Shown piece by piece: positions 51,548 to 60,163 of a DNA stretch of 64,000 nucleotides. The translations under genes were made by a program, and so were the position numbers. Each line of letters starts with the position of its first letter. Within the stretch, counting starts at the first letter, position 1. Under the pieces are notes generated by a model. That model was given only the letters and a program-made list of their open reading frames with translations. It did not search any database and was not told the DNA's origin. The stretch comes from an uncultured Pseudomonadales bacterium (GTDB taxonomy: Bacteria > Patescibacteriota > Microgenomatia > UBA1400 > UBA1396): NCBI GenBank assembly GCA_964603945.1, contig CAZRWP010000001.1, forward strand, positions 184,547 through 248,546, written 5' to 3'.

Positions 51548-51814
51548 CTAGCGGGTGTCTTTTCGTTTCTTCTGCTTCGCTTTATTGCTTGCCGGTTCAG
51601 TGCGCACTATTAGATCAAGGGTAGCAATTCCCAAAACTGCGGCCAGCCTGTCGAGAGTGTCGAGATCTGGACGGACGACTGGTTCAGTTTTTAGACGGTG
51701 TAAAGTGCTTAATGAAATACCCGCTTTCTTGGCTAGTTCAGTGTAAGTTAGCCGGCGTTGATTCTCGACTTCCCATCTAAATATGTGTTTGTCAATATCC
51801 AGCCAATACGGCAT
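51548..51814 (-). CDS. XRE-family helix-turn-helix transcriptional regulator (88 aa)
   Basis: HTH segment LTYTELAKKAGISLSTLHRLKT typical of XRE/Cro-C1. Confidence 0.7.
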   Translation of the reverse strand: MPYWLDIDKHIFRWEVENQRRLTYTELAKKAGISLSTLHRLKTEPVVRPDLDTLDRLAAVLGIATLDLIVRTEPASNKAKQKKRKDTR

Positions 51815-51874
51815 ATAGCTCCTTGGTTTTTCTACTTGTTTTGTAATATTTCTTTGAAATTATATCAAACCAGG

Positions 51875-52504
51875 TCATAGGTTCAACCGCTTCACCACCT
51901 CCTCAAGCTCATCGTCGGTAACTCCCAAGTACCGCTTGGTGTACGCTAGGCTGGCGTGGTTGAGCTTGTACATGATGAGCGCCAGATCCACCCCACTCAT
52001 GCGGGCGTGATAGCCCCAGGTCTTGCGTAAACTGTGTGTGCCGAAGTTGCCACGCAAGCCAATATCCGCGCAGATTCTGGTAATAAACTTCCAGGCTTGC
52101 CCGCGCTTGATTGGCTCGCGAAAGTTGTTCACCCTGACGTTGAAAAAGACGTAGTTGTCCGGATCGCTCGCAACAGCCGGATAGGCAACCAGATACTCGC
52201 CGAGTGCCTCCCGAATGCTGTCGTTAATGACAACCTCCTGCCTCTTGCCCCGCTTCTCTTCATTGATAGCAAAGCGGCGGCGGATAAGGCCCCGTTCATC
52301 TAAGAAGTGATGAATGCGCAGATTGAGTAAGTCCGAAATGCGCAGCGCGGAGTTGATCCCTACGGTAAACAGCAGCAGGTCGCGGTAACGACCTTGTCCG
52401 CGCAGTTGGTTCTTAATCTGCGCGATGCGCTTGCGGTCGCGGATGGGTTCAACAAAGTTCATATTTTCTTCGGGTGTTTGTGTGGCGTGGTTTGTAGTGA
52501 ACAC
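51875..52504 (-). CDS. small tyrosine site-specific recombinase/integrase (catalytic domain only, ~196-209 aa; ATG at 52462, upstream GTG at 52504)
   Basis: Catalytic residues R (NSALRISDL), HxxR (THSLRKTW), C-terminal Tyr region (LAYTKRYLG). Confidence 0.75.
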   Translation of the reverse strand: MFTTNHATQTPEENMNFVEPIRDRKRIAQIKNQLRGQGRYRDLLLFTVGINSALRISDLLNLRIHHFLDERGLIRRRFAINEEKRGKRQEVVINDSIREALGEYLVAYPAVASDPDNYVFFNVRVNNFREPIKRGQAWKFITRICADIGLRGNFGTHSLRKTWGYHARMSGVDLALIMYKLNHASLAYTKRYLGVTDDELEEVVKRLNL

Positions 52505-52532
52505 AACCGCTGTATAGAGCCAATGTGTTCAC
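52497..52532. promoter_or_regulatory. inverted repeat GTGAACACA-N18-TGTGTTCAC overlapping the recombinase 5' end; candidate operator or recombination core site
   Basis: 9-bp perfect arms read directly. Confidence 0.4.
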
Positions 52533-52710
52533 TAAGAACAGCCTATCAAACGCAGCTGGCCGTTACAAGCACCGATTTACCGGGGATTTTCAGTAATAGT
52601 AGACTTAATAGATATCGTGTTTACTTGGGTGTTTGAGTGCAGTGATTGGGGTGGTCGCTGTGGTTAGGTGATTGATTGTGGTCGCACCAGCCGCTACACT
52701 GACCTCAGTT

Positions 52711-52953
52711 ATGACAGACGCAACAGCCACGGCAGATACGCCACCTAACACAATCACCCCGATCACTATAACCGCCACGGAGCTTCGCAAAAGTCCTGGT
52801 CAGTTCTTGGATCGCGTGTTTTATCGCGGCGAGAGCTTTGTCGTGGAGAGGGCAGGGAAGCCAATGGCGGTAATTGGGCCGATCAACGATATGGAGGCTT
52901 ACGAATCAGGAGTTCGAGAGATGAAAAAAGACACACCAAGTCTCCATTTATAA
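52711..52953 (+). CDS. Phd/YefM-family antitoxin-like protein (ATG at 52711; TTG at 52672 possible)
   Basis: …ITATELRKSPGQFLDRVFYRGESFVVERAGKPMAVIGPINDMEAYE… resembles YefM N-terminal fold pattern. Confidence 0.55.
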   Translation: MTDATATADTPPNTITPITITATELRKSPGQFLDRVFYRGESFVVERAGKPMAVIGPINDMEAYESGVREMKKDTPSLHL

Positions 52954-52960
52954 AGGTCAT

Positions 52961-53299
52961 ATGACATACACCGAGTTAGCAAAAATCGCGATGGATACGA
53001 GAAAGCTGTTTGAGAGTTATGAGAAACAGAGTACTGGAAAAACCTGGGGCACTGAGGAGCTGTTGATTGGCTTGGTCACTGACGTTGGTGATTTAGCACG
53101 ATTGATTCTTGCTAAAGAAGGTTTTCGAGCGGCGGATAAAGACATTGATAAGGCCATGAGGCACGAGTTGGCAGACTGCTTCTGGGCAATTATCGTGCTA
53201 TCAGAAAAATACGATATCAATCTCGAAGATGCGTTGGTAGAAATGAGTAAGGATATCAGAGAAAAACTAAAGTCTTTTAGTGAACAAAGAATTACGTGA
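52961..53299 (+). CDS. MazG-like (all-alpha NTP pyrophosphohydrolase, YpjD-type) protein
   Basis: EELLIGLVTDVGDLARLI…MRHELADCFWAIIVLSEKYDINLEDAL matches EExGEL…E(E/L)(G/A)D.LW..LCLAN MazG-domain pattern; RBS AAAGG; 8 nt after Phd-like gene. Confidence 0.6.
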   Translation: MTYTELAKIAMDTRKLFESYEKQSTGKTWGTEELLIGLVTDVGDLARLILAKEGFRAADKDIDKAMRHELADCFWAIIVLSEKYDINLEDALVEMSKDIREKLKSFSEQRIT

Positions 53300-53323
53300 G
53301 GGTCCTTTCATCAAGCGGTGCAA

Positions 53324-53710
53324 CTACCGCTCACAATTCTCATGGACTTTCACAGGTAACTTCTTATACTGCTTGGCCGCGGTCAGGCTCAACCCAAACT
53401 TGCGCGCTTCGGAGAACACCACCGGCAAGGCGGTCGTCACGAACTGCTGCACTTCCTCGACAAACAGGTAAAACGGCGCAATCGCCGCGTTCTCGTCGGC
53501 GCGCCGCGTCATAGCCGCCATCTGGAAATCGGTGATCAGCATCGCGCCGAGGTTGGCCTGCTCGCTGCGCGTCTCGTCGCTGTTGAGGTTCGCCAGAAAA
53601 ATCTTGCCCTCGTCCAGAATGGCTTTGAAGTCCAGGCGGTGCGGGTGGCAGACCATGTTGCGCACCGCGCTGTTGCGGTAGAAGATGCGGATGAGGGCTT
53701 CCCCTCTTGG
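53324..53710 (-). pseudogene. C-terminal fragment of a TraG/VirD4/HerA-type (DUF87-like) conjugative ATPase; 5' end truncated at island/ldh junction
   Basis: Open frame extends to stop at 53711 without a credible start; FYLFVEEVQQF (Walker-B-like hhhhDE) and SEARKFGLSLTAAKQ (…RKyGv.l.laTQ) motifs typical of the C-terminal part of these ATPases. Confidence 0.5.
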
Positions 53711-53742
53711 CTAAAAGCTAATGCTTATGCTACGCTGACCTC

Positions 53743-54693
53743 ATGCAAAGAGAAAATTTTAAGGTTGGAATAATAGGTTGCGGCAAGGTCGGCATGACCA
53801 CGGCATATGCCCTACTTTTAAAAGGTTTGCCCACGGAGCTCGTTTTGGTTGACCGCAAAAAGGAGTATGTCGAGGGCGAAGACCTCGACCTCGAGCACGG
53901 GATGCCTTTCATGCAAAAGGCCATCATTACCGGCACCGAGAATTACGAAGACTTGCGCGAGGCTGACGTGGTGATTTTCACAGCCGGCGCCGCACAAAAA
54001 CCGGGCGAATCGCGTCTGGATCTGACCGCCAAAAACAAGGCGATTGTTGAAGAAATCATCCCAAAAATTCTGCAATACGCACCCTCAGCCCTCATCATTA
54101 TGGTGACAAATCCGGTCGATGTCTTGACCTTTCACGCCAATCAAGTTGCACAGGCAATCAGTCAAGCCGGCACAGCCAACGTCCGGCCAGGCCAAATTTT
54201 TGGTTCAGGTACTTTGCTGGACACTTCGCGTTTCCGCTTCCACTTGTCGGAAATGCTCAATCTGCATCCGCGTAGTATTCACGCCTATATTTTGGGCGAG
54301 CATGGCGACAGTTCCTTCCCGACTTTGCATTCCGCCACTGTGGGTGGTCAGCGCCTAACCACTCTGCCGGATTTTTCCATGGAAATGGCTGAGTCAGCTT
54401 ACGAGCAAGCCAAGAACGCCGCCTACAAAATTATTGAGGGCAAAGGCGCGACTTATTACGCCATCGCCACCGTTCTAACCCACATAGTAGAAGCAATTCA
54501 TCATGACAACCGTTCGGTTTTACCACTTTCAACACCCATCAATGATTATCATGGTCACAGCGGAGTTTCTTTGAGCGTGCCTTGTGTCATCAGTCGGCAG
54601 GGAATTGAGCGTACATTGGTAATTGATTTATCTGATGAAGAAAAGGGTAAGCTCGCCCACTCCGTCGACACCATTCGGCAATATCAAGGATAA
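53743..54693 (+). CDS. ldh: L-lactate dehydrogenase
   Basis: GIIGCGKVG Rossmann motif, LDH active-site signature ILGEHGDSS, 316 aa. Confidence 0.9.
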   Translation: MQRENFKVGIIGCGKVGMTTAYALLLKGLPTELVLVDRKKEYVEGEDLDLEHGMPFMQKAIITGTENYEDLREADVVIFTAGAAQKPGESRLDLTAKNKAIVEEIIPKILQYAPSALIIMVTNPVDVLTFHANQVAQAISQAGTANVRPGQIFGSGTLLDTSRFRFHLSEMLNLHPRSIHAYILGEHGDSSFPTLHSATVGGQRLTTLPDFSMEMAESAYEQAKNAAYKIIEGKGATYYAIATVLTHIVEAIHHDNRSVLPLSTPINDYHGHSGVSLSVPCVISRQGIERTLVIDLSDEEKGKLAHSVDTIRQYQG

Positions 54694-54760
54694 ATCGACC
54701 CCATTCGGCAGTATCAAGGTTAAGCTAACACCATTCGGCAGTATCAAGGATGATCAGATA
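54671..54760. repeat. three tandem 30-bp units (19-bp conserved CCATTCGGCARTATCAAGG + 11-bp variable) starting in the last 7 codons of ldh
   Basis: Units at 54671, 54701, 54731. Confidence 0.75.
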
Positions 54761-54850
54761 TTAATTCTGTAAAAATCAGACTTTTCAAAGCCATGACAAT
54801 CCAGCTATACTGGATTAGAGGTTCTGCCCAACGTAAAAAAAGGAGAAAAT

Positions 54851-55168
54851 ATGAACTCACCATTAATATTACCTGTAACTCTGGCCATTGCCGGCGTTTT
54901 GGCCTTCATGGCTACCACCGGTTTATTACCACCAACGCTATTCCGACTCTGGCCGATCGTGTTTGTAATTCTGGGTATTGTTGGTCTCTTGTCACTTAGC
55001 AGTGAAGAGTTAGAGATGTCCGATTCCAAGCCAACTAAGAAGAAGTCATCGGCCAAGCAGGCTAAGACATCAGCCAAGAAAACCAGTAAAGCCTCCACCA
55101 AATCCAAGGCAACAAAATCAGCTAAAAAAAGCAAAACAACTACCAGAAAAACTGCCAAAAAGAAGTAG
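54851..55168 (+). CDS. small membrane protein with two TM helices and Lys/Ser/Thr-rich basic tail (105 aa)
   Basis: Strong RBS AAAGGAGAAAATATG; hydrophobic N-half then KKKSSAKQAKTSAKKTSK… tail. Confidence 0.55.
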   Translation: MNSPLILPVTLAIAGVLAFMATTGLLPPTLFRLWPIVFVILGIVGLLSLSSEELEMSDSKPTKKKSSAKQAKTSAKKTSKASTKSKATKSAKKSKTTTRKTAKKK

Positions 55169-55170
55169 GC

Positions 55171-55884
55171 ATGACACCACTCGCTCAACCTTTTCAGGTC
55201 GCAATTGATGGGCCAGTTTCAGTCGGTAAAAGTACAATCGCCAGATTGCTGGCTCAGCGATTAGGTTTTTTGTATGTCGATACCGGTGCTATGTACCGCG
55301 CCACTGGCTTACTGGCTATTCGCGAAGGTGTTGATCCAAATGATGAGGAAGAGGTCTCAGCTTTACTGAGAAGCCATCACATTACCCTCGCTTCTCCCCA
55401 AGGTCAAAAGGATGACGGTCGAAAAATAACAGTTTACTTGGATGATGAGGACGTTTCCTGGTCAATTCGCACCGAAGAAGTCAGCAAAGCTTCTTCTCAG
55501 GTGGCTCAGCATAAAAAAGTCCGGGAACAATTAGTTCATCAGCAACAGGAGATTGCCGCCAAAAATAACGTGGTCATGGAAGGCCGCGATATTACTTATC
55601 GGGTTCTGCCCAAGGCTCAGTTAAAAATTTATTTGGATGCCAATGATCTCAAACGCGCCGAGTGGCGACATACCGAACTGCTTTTACTCGCACAAGATGT
55701 TACGCTAGATGAAGTCGTCGCTGAACTTCGGGAACGGGATGATCGCGACAAGAACCGCGCTGTCGACCCGCTTCAAGTAGTTGATGATGCCTGGTATTTT
55801 GACCGATCAGATTTAGAACTTGAAGAGGCTCTGGATCTGATAGAAAAGCGAGCGAAAGAGTTATGGCTACAAAGCGCAACCTAA
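55171..55884 (+). CDS. cmk: cytidylate kinase
   Basis: P-loop IDGPVSVGKSTIARLLAQRLGFLYVDTGAMYRA. Confidence 0.88.
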   Translation: MTPLAQPFQVAIDGPVSVGKSTIARLLAQRLGFLYVDTGAMYRATGLLAIREGVDPNDEEEVSALLRSHHITLASPQGQKDDGRKITVYLDDEDVSWSIRTEEVSKASSQVAQHKKVREQLVHQQQEIAAKNNVVMEGRDITYRVLPKAQLKIYLDANDLKRAEWRHTELLLLAQDVTLDEVVAELRERDDRDKNRAVDPLQVVDDAWYFDRSDLELEEALDLIEKRAKELWLQSAT

Positions 55885-56043
55885 AACCAGCTGAGGAAAG
55901 ATACAAAAAAGCCCGCTGGGTGATGCCAGTTCTCTTGGCGTTAAGCGTGCTTTTATCTTTATATTTCTGGACCCAAGGCTAAGATTAGCCAATATTATCC
56001 AAGATTAGCCAAGATTTAGCCAAAATAATCCAATACTAGCCAA

Positions 56044-58473
56044 CTATATGCCGGCAGTTTTTGAGTCAGGTTCTGGCGTGGGCGAAAACATTGAGGCCGT
56101 ACAGTGGTGAGTCGGCGCCATACCTTGAGGGAATATCTCCTCTATTACTTTAGGACATTCAGCGCATGGAAGCGTATTCGTGGGCAGGCAAATTTTGACC
56201 TTTTCAAAACCGTCTGGTGTCTGAAAAGCGTGCAATTGCTGTCGGTCAGTCAACAGACTATCCATAATGTGTCGCCAAATAGGTGAAGCACCGGTAATGC
56301 CAGAGGCAACTGAGCTCATGGGCGTGTTATCGTTATTGCCCACCCAACTAACTACGACCCTATCCGATGTGTAGCCAATCGTCCAGTTGTCTCGCAAGTT
56401 ATTGGTGGTGCCGGTTTTTACAGCGACTTCATGTTCAGCTACATTGAGAATTGAGTTTTGGCCAAAAGCCGGCGCCCTAGCTTGTTTGTCACTTAAAATG
56501 CTGGTTACCTGATAAGCCGCTAACGGATTAACTGTTTGTCTAGCCAGACATGGCTGTTCTTGCTCCTGACATGGATTGTGGTAAAGAGTTTTGCCTTCCG
56601 GGGTCTGCACCTGCAAAATGGGATTCAATTCAACCGTATAACCGGTATTAGCTAGAGTTCCATAGACTTCAGCCATGTCATACATAGTGACATCACCACC
56701 ACCCAGCGTTAAAGCAAAACCAAAGCGGGACGAATCTTCCCAAGTATCAATTCCCATATCTTGACCTTTTGTTACCACATTGTTCACACCCAACTGAGCA
56801 ATCAACCGCACTGCCGGAATATTGTAAGAGCTGGCTAGAGCCTCGCGCAAAGACACGCGACCATGGAACCGGCCATCATAATTTTTTGGCGCCCAAGGCT
56901 GAGAGCCGGGGATTTTATACACCACTGGCGTGTCGTCAATTATGGTTGAGGGAGTGAAGCCGTGCTCGAAAGCCACCGCGTACGTGACCGGCTTAATCGA
57001 ACTTCCAGGCTGGCGCGGCCTCAAGGTGACATTCACCTGGCCGTCATTAGAACTGTCAAAATAATCCTTACTGCCCACCATGGCTAGAATTTCTCCCGAG
57101 CGGGGGTCGGTCACCAAGGCCGCGCCGTTACGCACGTCCAATCTGGCTAGGCGGTCCAGTTCCTGGCGAACGGACGCTTCCGCCGATGCCTGAACTGTTA
57201 AATCCAAAGAGGTCCATACTTCTAAACCGCCGCGGCTGACCATTTCTTCGCCATACTCTTTTTCCAATAAATCTCGCACATACATCACAAAATGTGGCGC
57301 TTGTATCTCGTAACGGTTATGCCGAAAATCAAGCTCCTCTTGCGTAGCCATGGCCACTTCTTCAGCCGAAATGTAGCCTAAATATTCCATGCGTTTAAGC
57401 ACATCCAACTGACGCAGGCTTGACCGCTCTGGCGTTGGACCAAACGGTGAATAGGCAGTGGGCGCTACTGGCAAACCGGCCAAAAACGCACTTTCCGCTA
57501 GACTCAGTTCTTTAGCCGACTTGCCAAAATACCATTGGCTAGCCTGTTCAATCCCATAAACAGATCCGCCATAATTAACCTCATTGAGATACCGCTCCAG
57601 AATCTCTTCTTTGGAATAAAGTGCATCAACTGCTACAGCCAGAACAGCCTCTCTGACTTTACGCTGGATTGTTTTTTCTGGTGATAAAAGTGTGTTTTTA
57701 ACTAATTGTTGTGTAATCGTAGAGCCGCCGTGAACACCTGGCTCACTGGAAAGATTATGTTCCAATGCCCTAACTATACCTTTTAGCGAGATTCCCCAGT
57801 GCTCATAAAATTTGTCATCTTCAATGGCTAAAGTTGCTTTAACTAAATGAGGAGAAATATCTTCCAACTTTACCGGCACACGATCTTCTTCATCAAATAA
57901 GGTATAAAGAAGTTGGCCATTGCGGTCATATATCTTTGTTGTCATGGCCGGACGGCGTTCTCGTAACGAATATGGAGAAGGCAGTTCTCTAAAAACAAAG
58001 TCATAAACTAGGTAACCAGCCAAAATAAAAGTTGTTAAAAATAAAAGACTGGAAATTAGTGGAATTACTAAAGTTGATGGCGGTGGTTCAATACGTCGGA
58101 CATGTTCCCAAATCTCTCGCCGCATTTTTTTGAGCCATGCTTGAATTAGCTGACGCAACCACCACCACTCAAAATTTATACTCCACCAAATCTGCTGTCC
58201 GAGTGAGTCAAATGTCAGCCAGTCATAATAAAATGGATCTTTCCTTAATTTGGATAATGAGATGGTTGAAACTGTGGTTTTCTCTTGCCAATTACGAATT
58301 GCTTTACTTAATGAAAGTGTCAAATTGCCTATAATTGAAGGGATTGACCAAATAAATTCAAAAAAAATTAGAAAGGGTAAACCGAACCAATACAAGGCCT
58401 TCAAAATCAAGCCGAAATTTCTGCTAATCCTACCCACAACTTCATTAAACCAGGCTACCCCACCTGACGACAA
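56044..58473 (-). CDS. class A penicillin-binding protein (bifunctional GT51 transglycosylase/transpeptidase) with ~150-aa Trp-rich N-terminal membrane extension
   Basis: GT51 motifs ATLAIEDDKFYEHWGIS and GGSTITQQLVKN; transpeptidase SSIK (SxxK), SYN (SxN), KTGTT. Confidence 0.88.
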   Translation of the reverse strand: MSSGGVAWFNEVVGRISRNFGLILKALYWFGLPFLIFFEFIWSIPSIIGNLTLSLSKAIRNWQEKTTVSTISLSKLRKDPFYYDWLTFDSLGQQIWWSINFEWWWLRQLIQAWLKKMRREIWEHVRRIEPPPSTLVIPLISSLLFLTTFILAGYLVYDFVFRELPSPYSLRERRPAMTTKIYDRNGQLLYTLFDEEDRVPVKLEDISPHLVKATLAIEDDKFYEHWGISLKGIVRALEHNLSSEPGVHGGSTITQQLVKNTLLSPEKTIQRKVREAVLAVAVDALYSKEEILERYLNEVNYGGSVYGIEQASQWYFGKSAKELSLAESAFLAGLPVAPTAYSPFGPTPERSSLRQLDVLKRMEYLGYISAEEVAMATQEELDFRHNRYEIQAPHFVMYVRDLLEKEYGEEMVSRGGLEVWTSLDLTVQASAEASVRQELDRLARLDVRNGAALVTDPRSGEILAMVGSKDYFDSSNDGQVNVTLRPRQPGSSIKPVTYAVAFEHGFTPSTIIDDTPVVYKIPGSQPWAPKNYDGRFHGRVSLREALASSYNIPAVRLIAQLGVNNVVTKGQDMGIDTWEDSSRFGFALTLGGGDVTMYDMAEVYGTLANTGYTVELNPILQVQTPEGKTLYHNPCQEQEQPCLARQTVNPLAAYQVTSILSDKQARAPAFGQNSILNVAEHEVAVKTGTTNNLRDNWTIGYTSDRVVVSWVGNNDNTPMSSVASGITGASPIWRHIMDSLLTDRQQLHAFQTPDGFEKVKICLPTNTLPCAECPKVIEEIFPQGMAPTHHCTASMFSPTPEPDSKTAGI

Positions 58474-58529
58474 TGGGGAAATTAAGCGTTTTTGCTTGAT
58501 GTTCTTGGATACAATCGAATTATTTCAGC

Positions 58530-59792
58530 TTAAAGTTTTTGTTCTATCACTTCCCAAAGCTCTGTTTGTTCACCTTCATAACCTAAAGCCCAAATCGCAA
58601 TCCCTCTTAATCCAAGCTGGCTGACAAGATCTAACTTGTAAGACAATGAGCGAGGATTGTCATAGTAGATAATCTTCTTCTGACCGCCATCGTTGTACAC
58701 TACAAATGGTGAAAGTGCCGCCGAATCCCAGCCTTCCTCTACTTCCACTTCATCATCACTGAGTAACTCCTGAACTCTTTTATAAGTGGCCGTAACACCA
58801 GAATCCGGATAGGTCGTGGCCCCTGGTTCACCTTGAGTGACCTGCCATTCATAACCATAGAACGGAACGCCTAACAAGATTTTTTCCGGTGGCACGTAGG
58901 AAAGAAAGTCGCGGATGTTGCTCGTAATGTCATCTTGGTAGCGGCCGGTTTCTTTGCCAAACAGCGGCGCCACCGGCCCCGCCATCTGCGACGACCGGAC
59001 ATGATAGTCATAACTCATTATTATTAAGCGGTCTAGGTGCGGAGCGAGCTGGGCAATATCCCAGAAATCAGTATCTTTGCTGGCTGCCGTGCCAAAAACC
59101 GCCACACTTAACAGAATGTTTGGATCAATGGCGTCCAGTTCTTCGCGCAATCCCTTAACTAGCTCTACATAACCAGCCTGTACTGACGGCGAGGTTGCAC
59201 CAGCCAGTTCAAAATCTAGCTGCAAACCATCAAATGGATAACTAATTAGCAGTTGGCTGATATTGGCTCTAAACTGCTGACGCGAATTCGGATTGGTAAC
59301 TAAAGACGCAATATCATCATTGCTGGTACCCACGATTGTAATATGGACTTTGCGACCGGCGGCTTTCTGGGTAACAAGCCAATCGGTAAACTCCGTGGAC
59401 TGCATTCGGGCGTAACCTGTTTCCAACACTCCGGACTGTCTTTCAACTAATTTACCCTGCTCATCAAATAAGACGGAAAAATAAGCGACATCAGTTGCGC
59501 CGTCCGGAATGACCGCGTCTTTCATGGTCCAATATGGCAAAAAACCAAAAACTTCCGCGTTGGCGATTGGTTTGGGTGAGGAAAATATTTGCAGATAACT
59601 AAAACCTGTTAAGCCTGAAAAAAGTTTATCCTGGCTTAACGGCTCCCAATAAAAACGCAAAAAGGCCAGGTAACTGCCACCAATGACAATAAATAGCAAA
59701 AAGCCGAAAAATAACCATTTGAACAGGCGCCACATAAGCCTATTGTACGTTCTTAATGAAGAAATCCGAAAGAAAACAAGGTAATATCCCAA
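58530..59792 (-). CDS. membrane-anchored glycoside hydrolase family 18-like protein
   Basis: DGLQLDFE (DxxDxDxE GH18 catalytic motif) and MSYDYH (MxYD); N-terminal TM helix. Confidence 0.55.
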   Translation of the reverse strand: MGYYLVFFRISSLRTYNRLMWRLFKWLFFGFLLFIVIGGSYLAFLRFYWEPLSQDKLFSGLTGFSYLQIFSSPKPIANAEVFGFLPYWTMKDAVIPDGATDVAYFSVLFDEQGKLVERQSGVLETGYARMQSTEFTDWLVTQKAAGRKVHITIVGTSNDDIASLVTNPNSRQQFRANISQLLISYPFDGLQLDFELAGATSPSVQAGYVELVKGLREELDAIDPNILLSVAVFGTAASKDTDFWDIAQLAPHLDRLIIMSYDYHVRSSQMAGPVAPLFGKETGRYQDDITSNIRDFLSYVPPEKILLGVPFYGYEWQVTQGEPGATTYPDSGVTATYKRVQELLSDDEVEVEEGWDSAALSPFVVYNDGGQKKIIYYDNPRSLSYKLDLVSQLGLRGIAIWALGYEGEQTELWEVIEQKL

Positions 59793-59835
59793 AATCAGGT
59801 CAAATTAATTAAGCATTAGAAACACTAAATGGCAA

Positions 59836-60084
59836 TTACTTGGCTGAAGCAGCTTCGAGCGCTTTAGTCAGGTTGGACTTGCGGCGAGCAGCGGTTCGGG
59901 CGTGAATAATGTTACCCTTGGCAGCCCGGTCAATCCGGCTGAAAGCCTTGGCTAAATTTTCTGGCGTTGGGCTTTCCTGAAAGCGCTTGATAGCAGTTTT
60001 CATCTGGGAGCGCACGCGCTGATTAGCCTCGAAATGGCTTTGTGAGGTTCTTAGAGCTTTTTTAGCTGAAGATGTGATTGGCAT
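59836..60084 (-). CDS. rpsT: 30S ribosomal protein S20
   Basis: MPITSSAKKALRTSQSHFEANQRVRSQMKTAIKRF… S20. Confidence 0.9.
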   Translation of the reverse strand: MPITSSAKKALRTSQSHFEANQRVRSQMKTAIKRFQESPTPENLAKAFSRIDRAAKGNIIHARTAARRKSNLTKALEAASAK

Positions 60085-60163
60085 AGAGACACGAATTATA
60101 ACACAACTTTGCTTTAGTCTCGATCTGGACGTTAGGCATTAGTTGAGCCATACTACCTGACAG

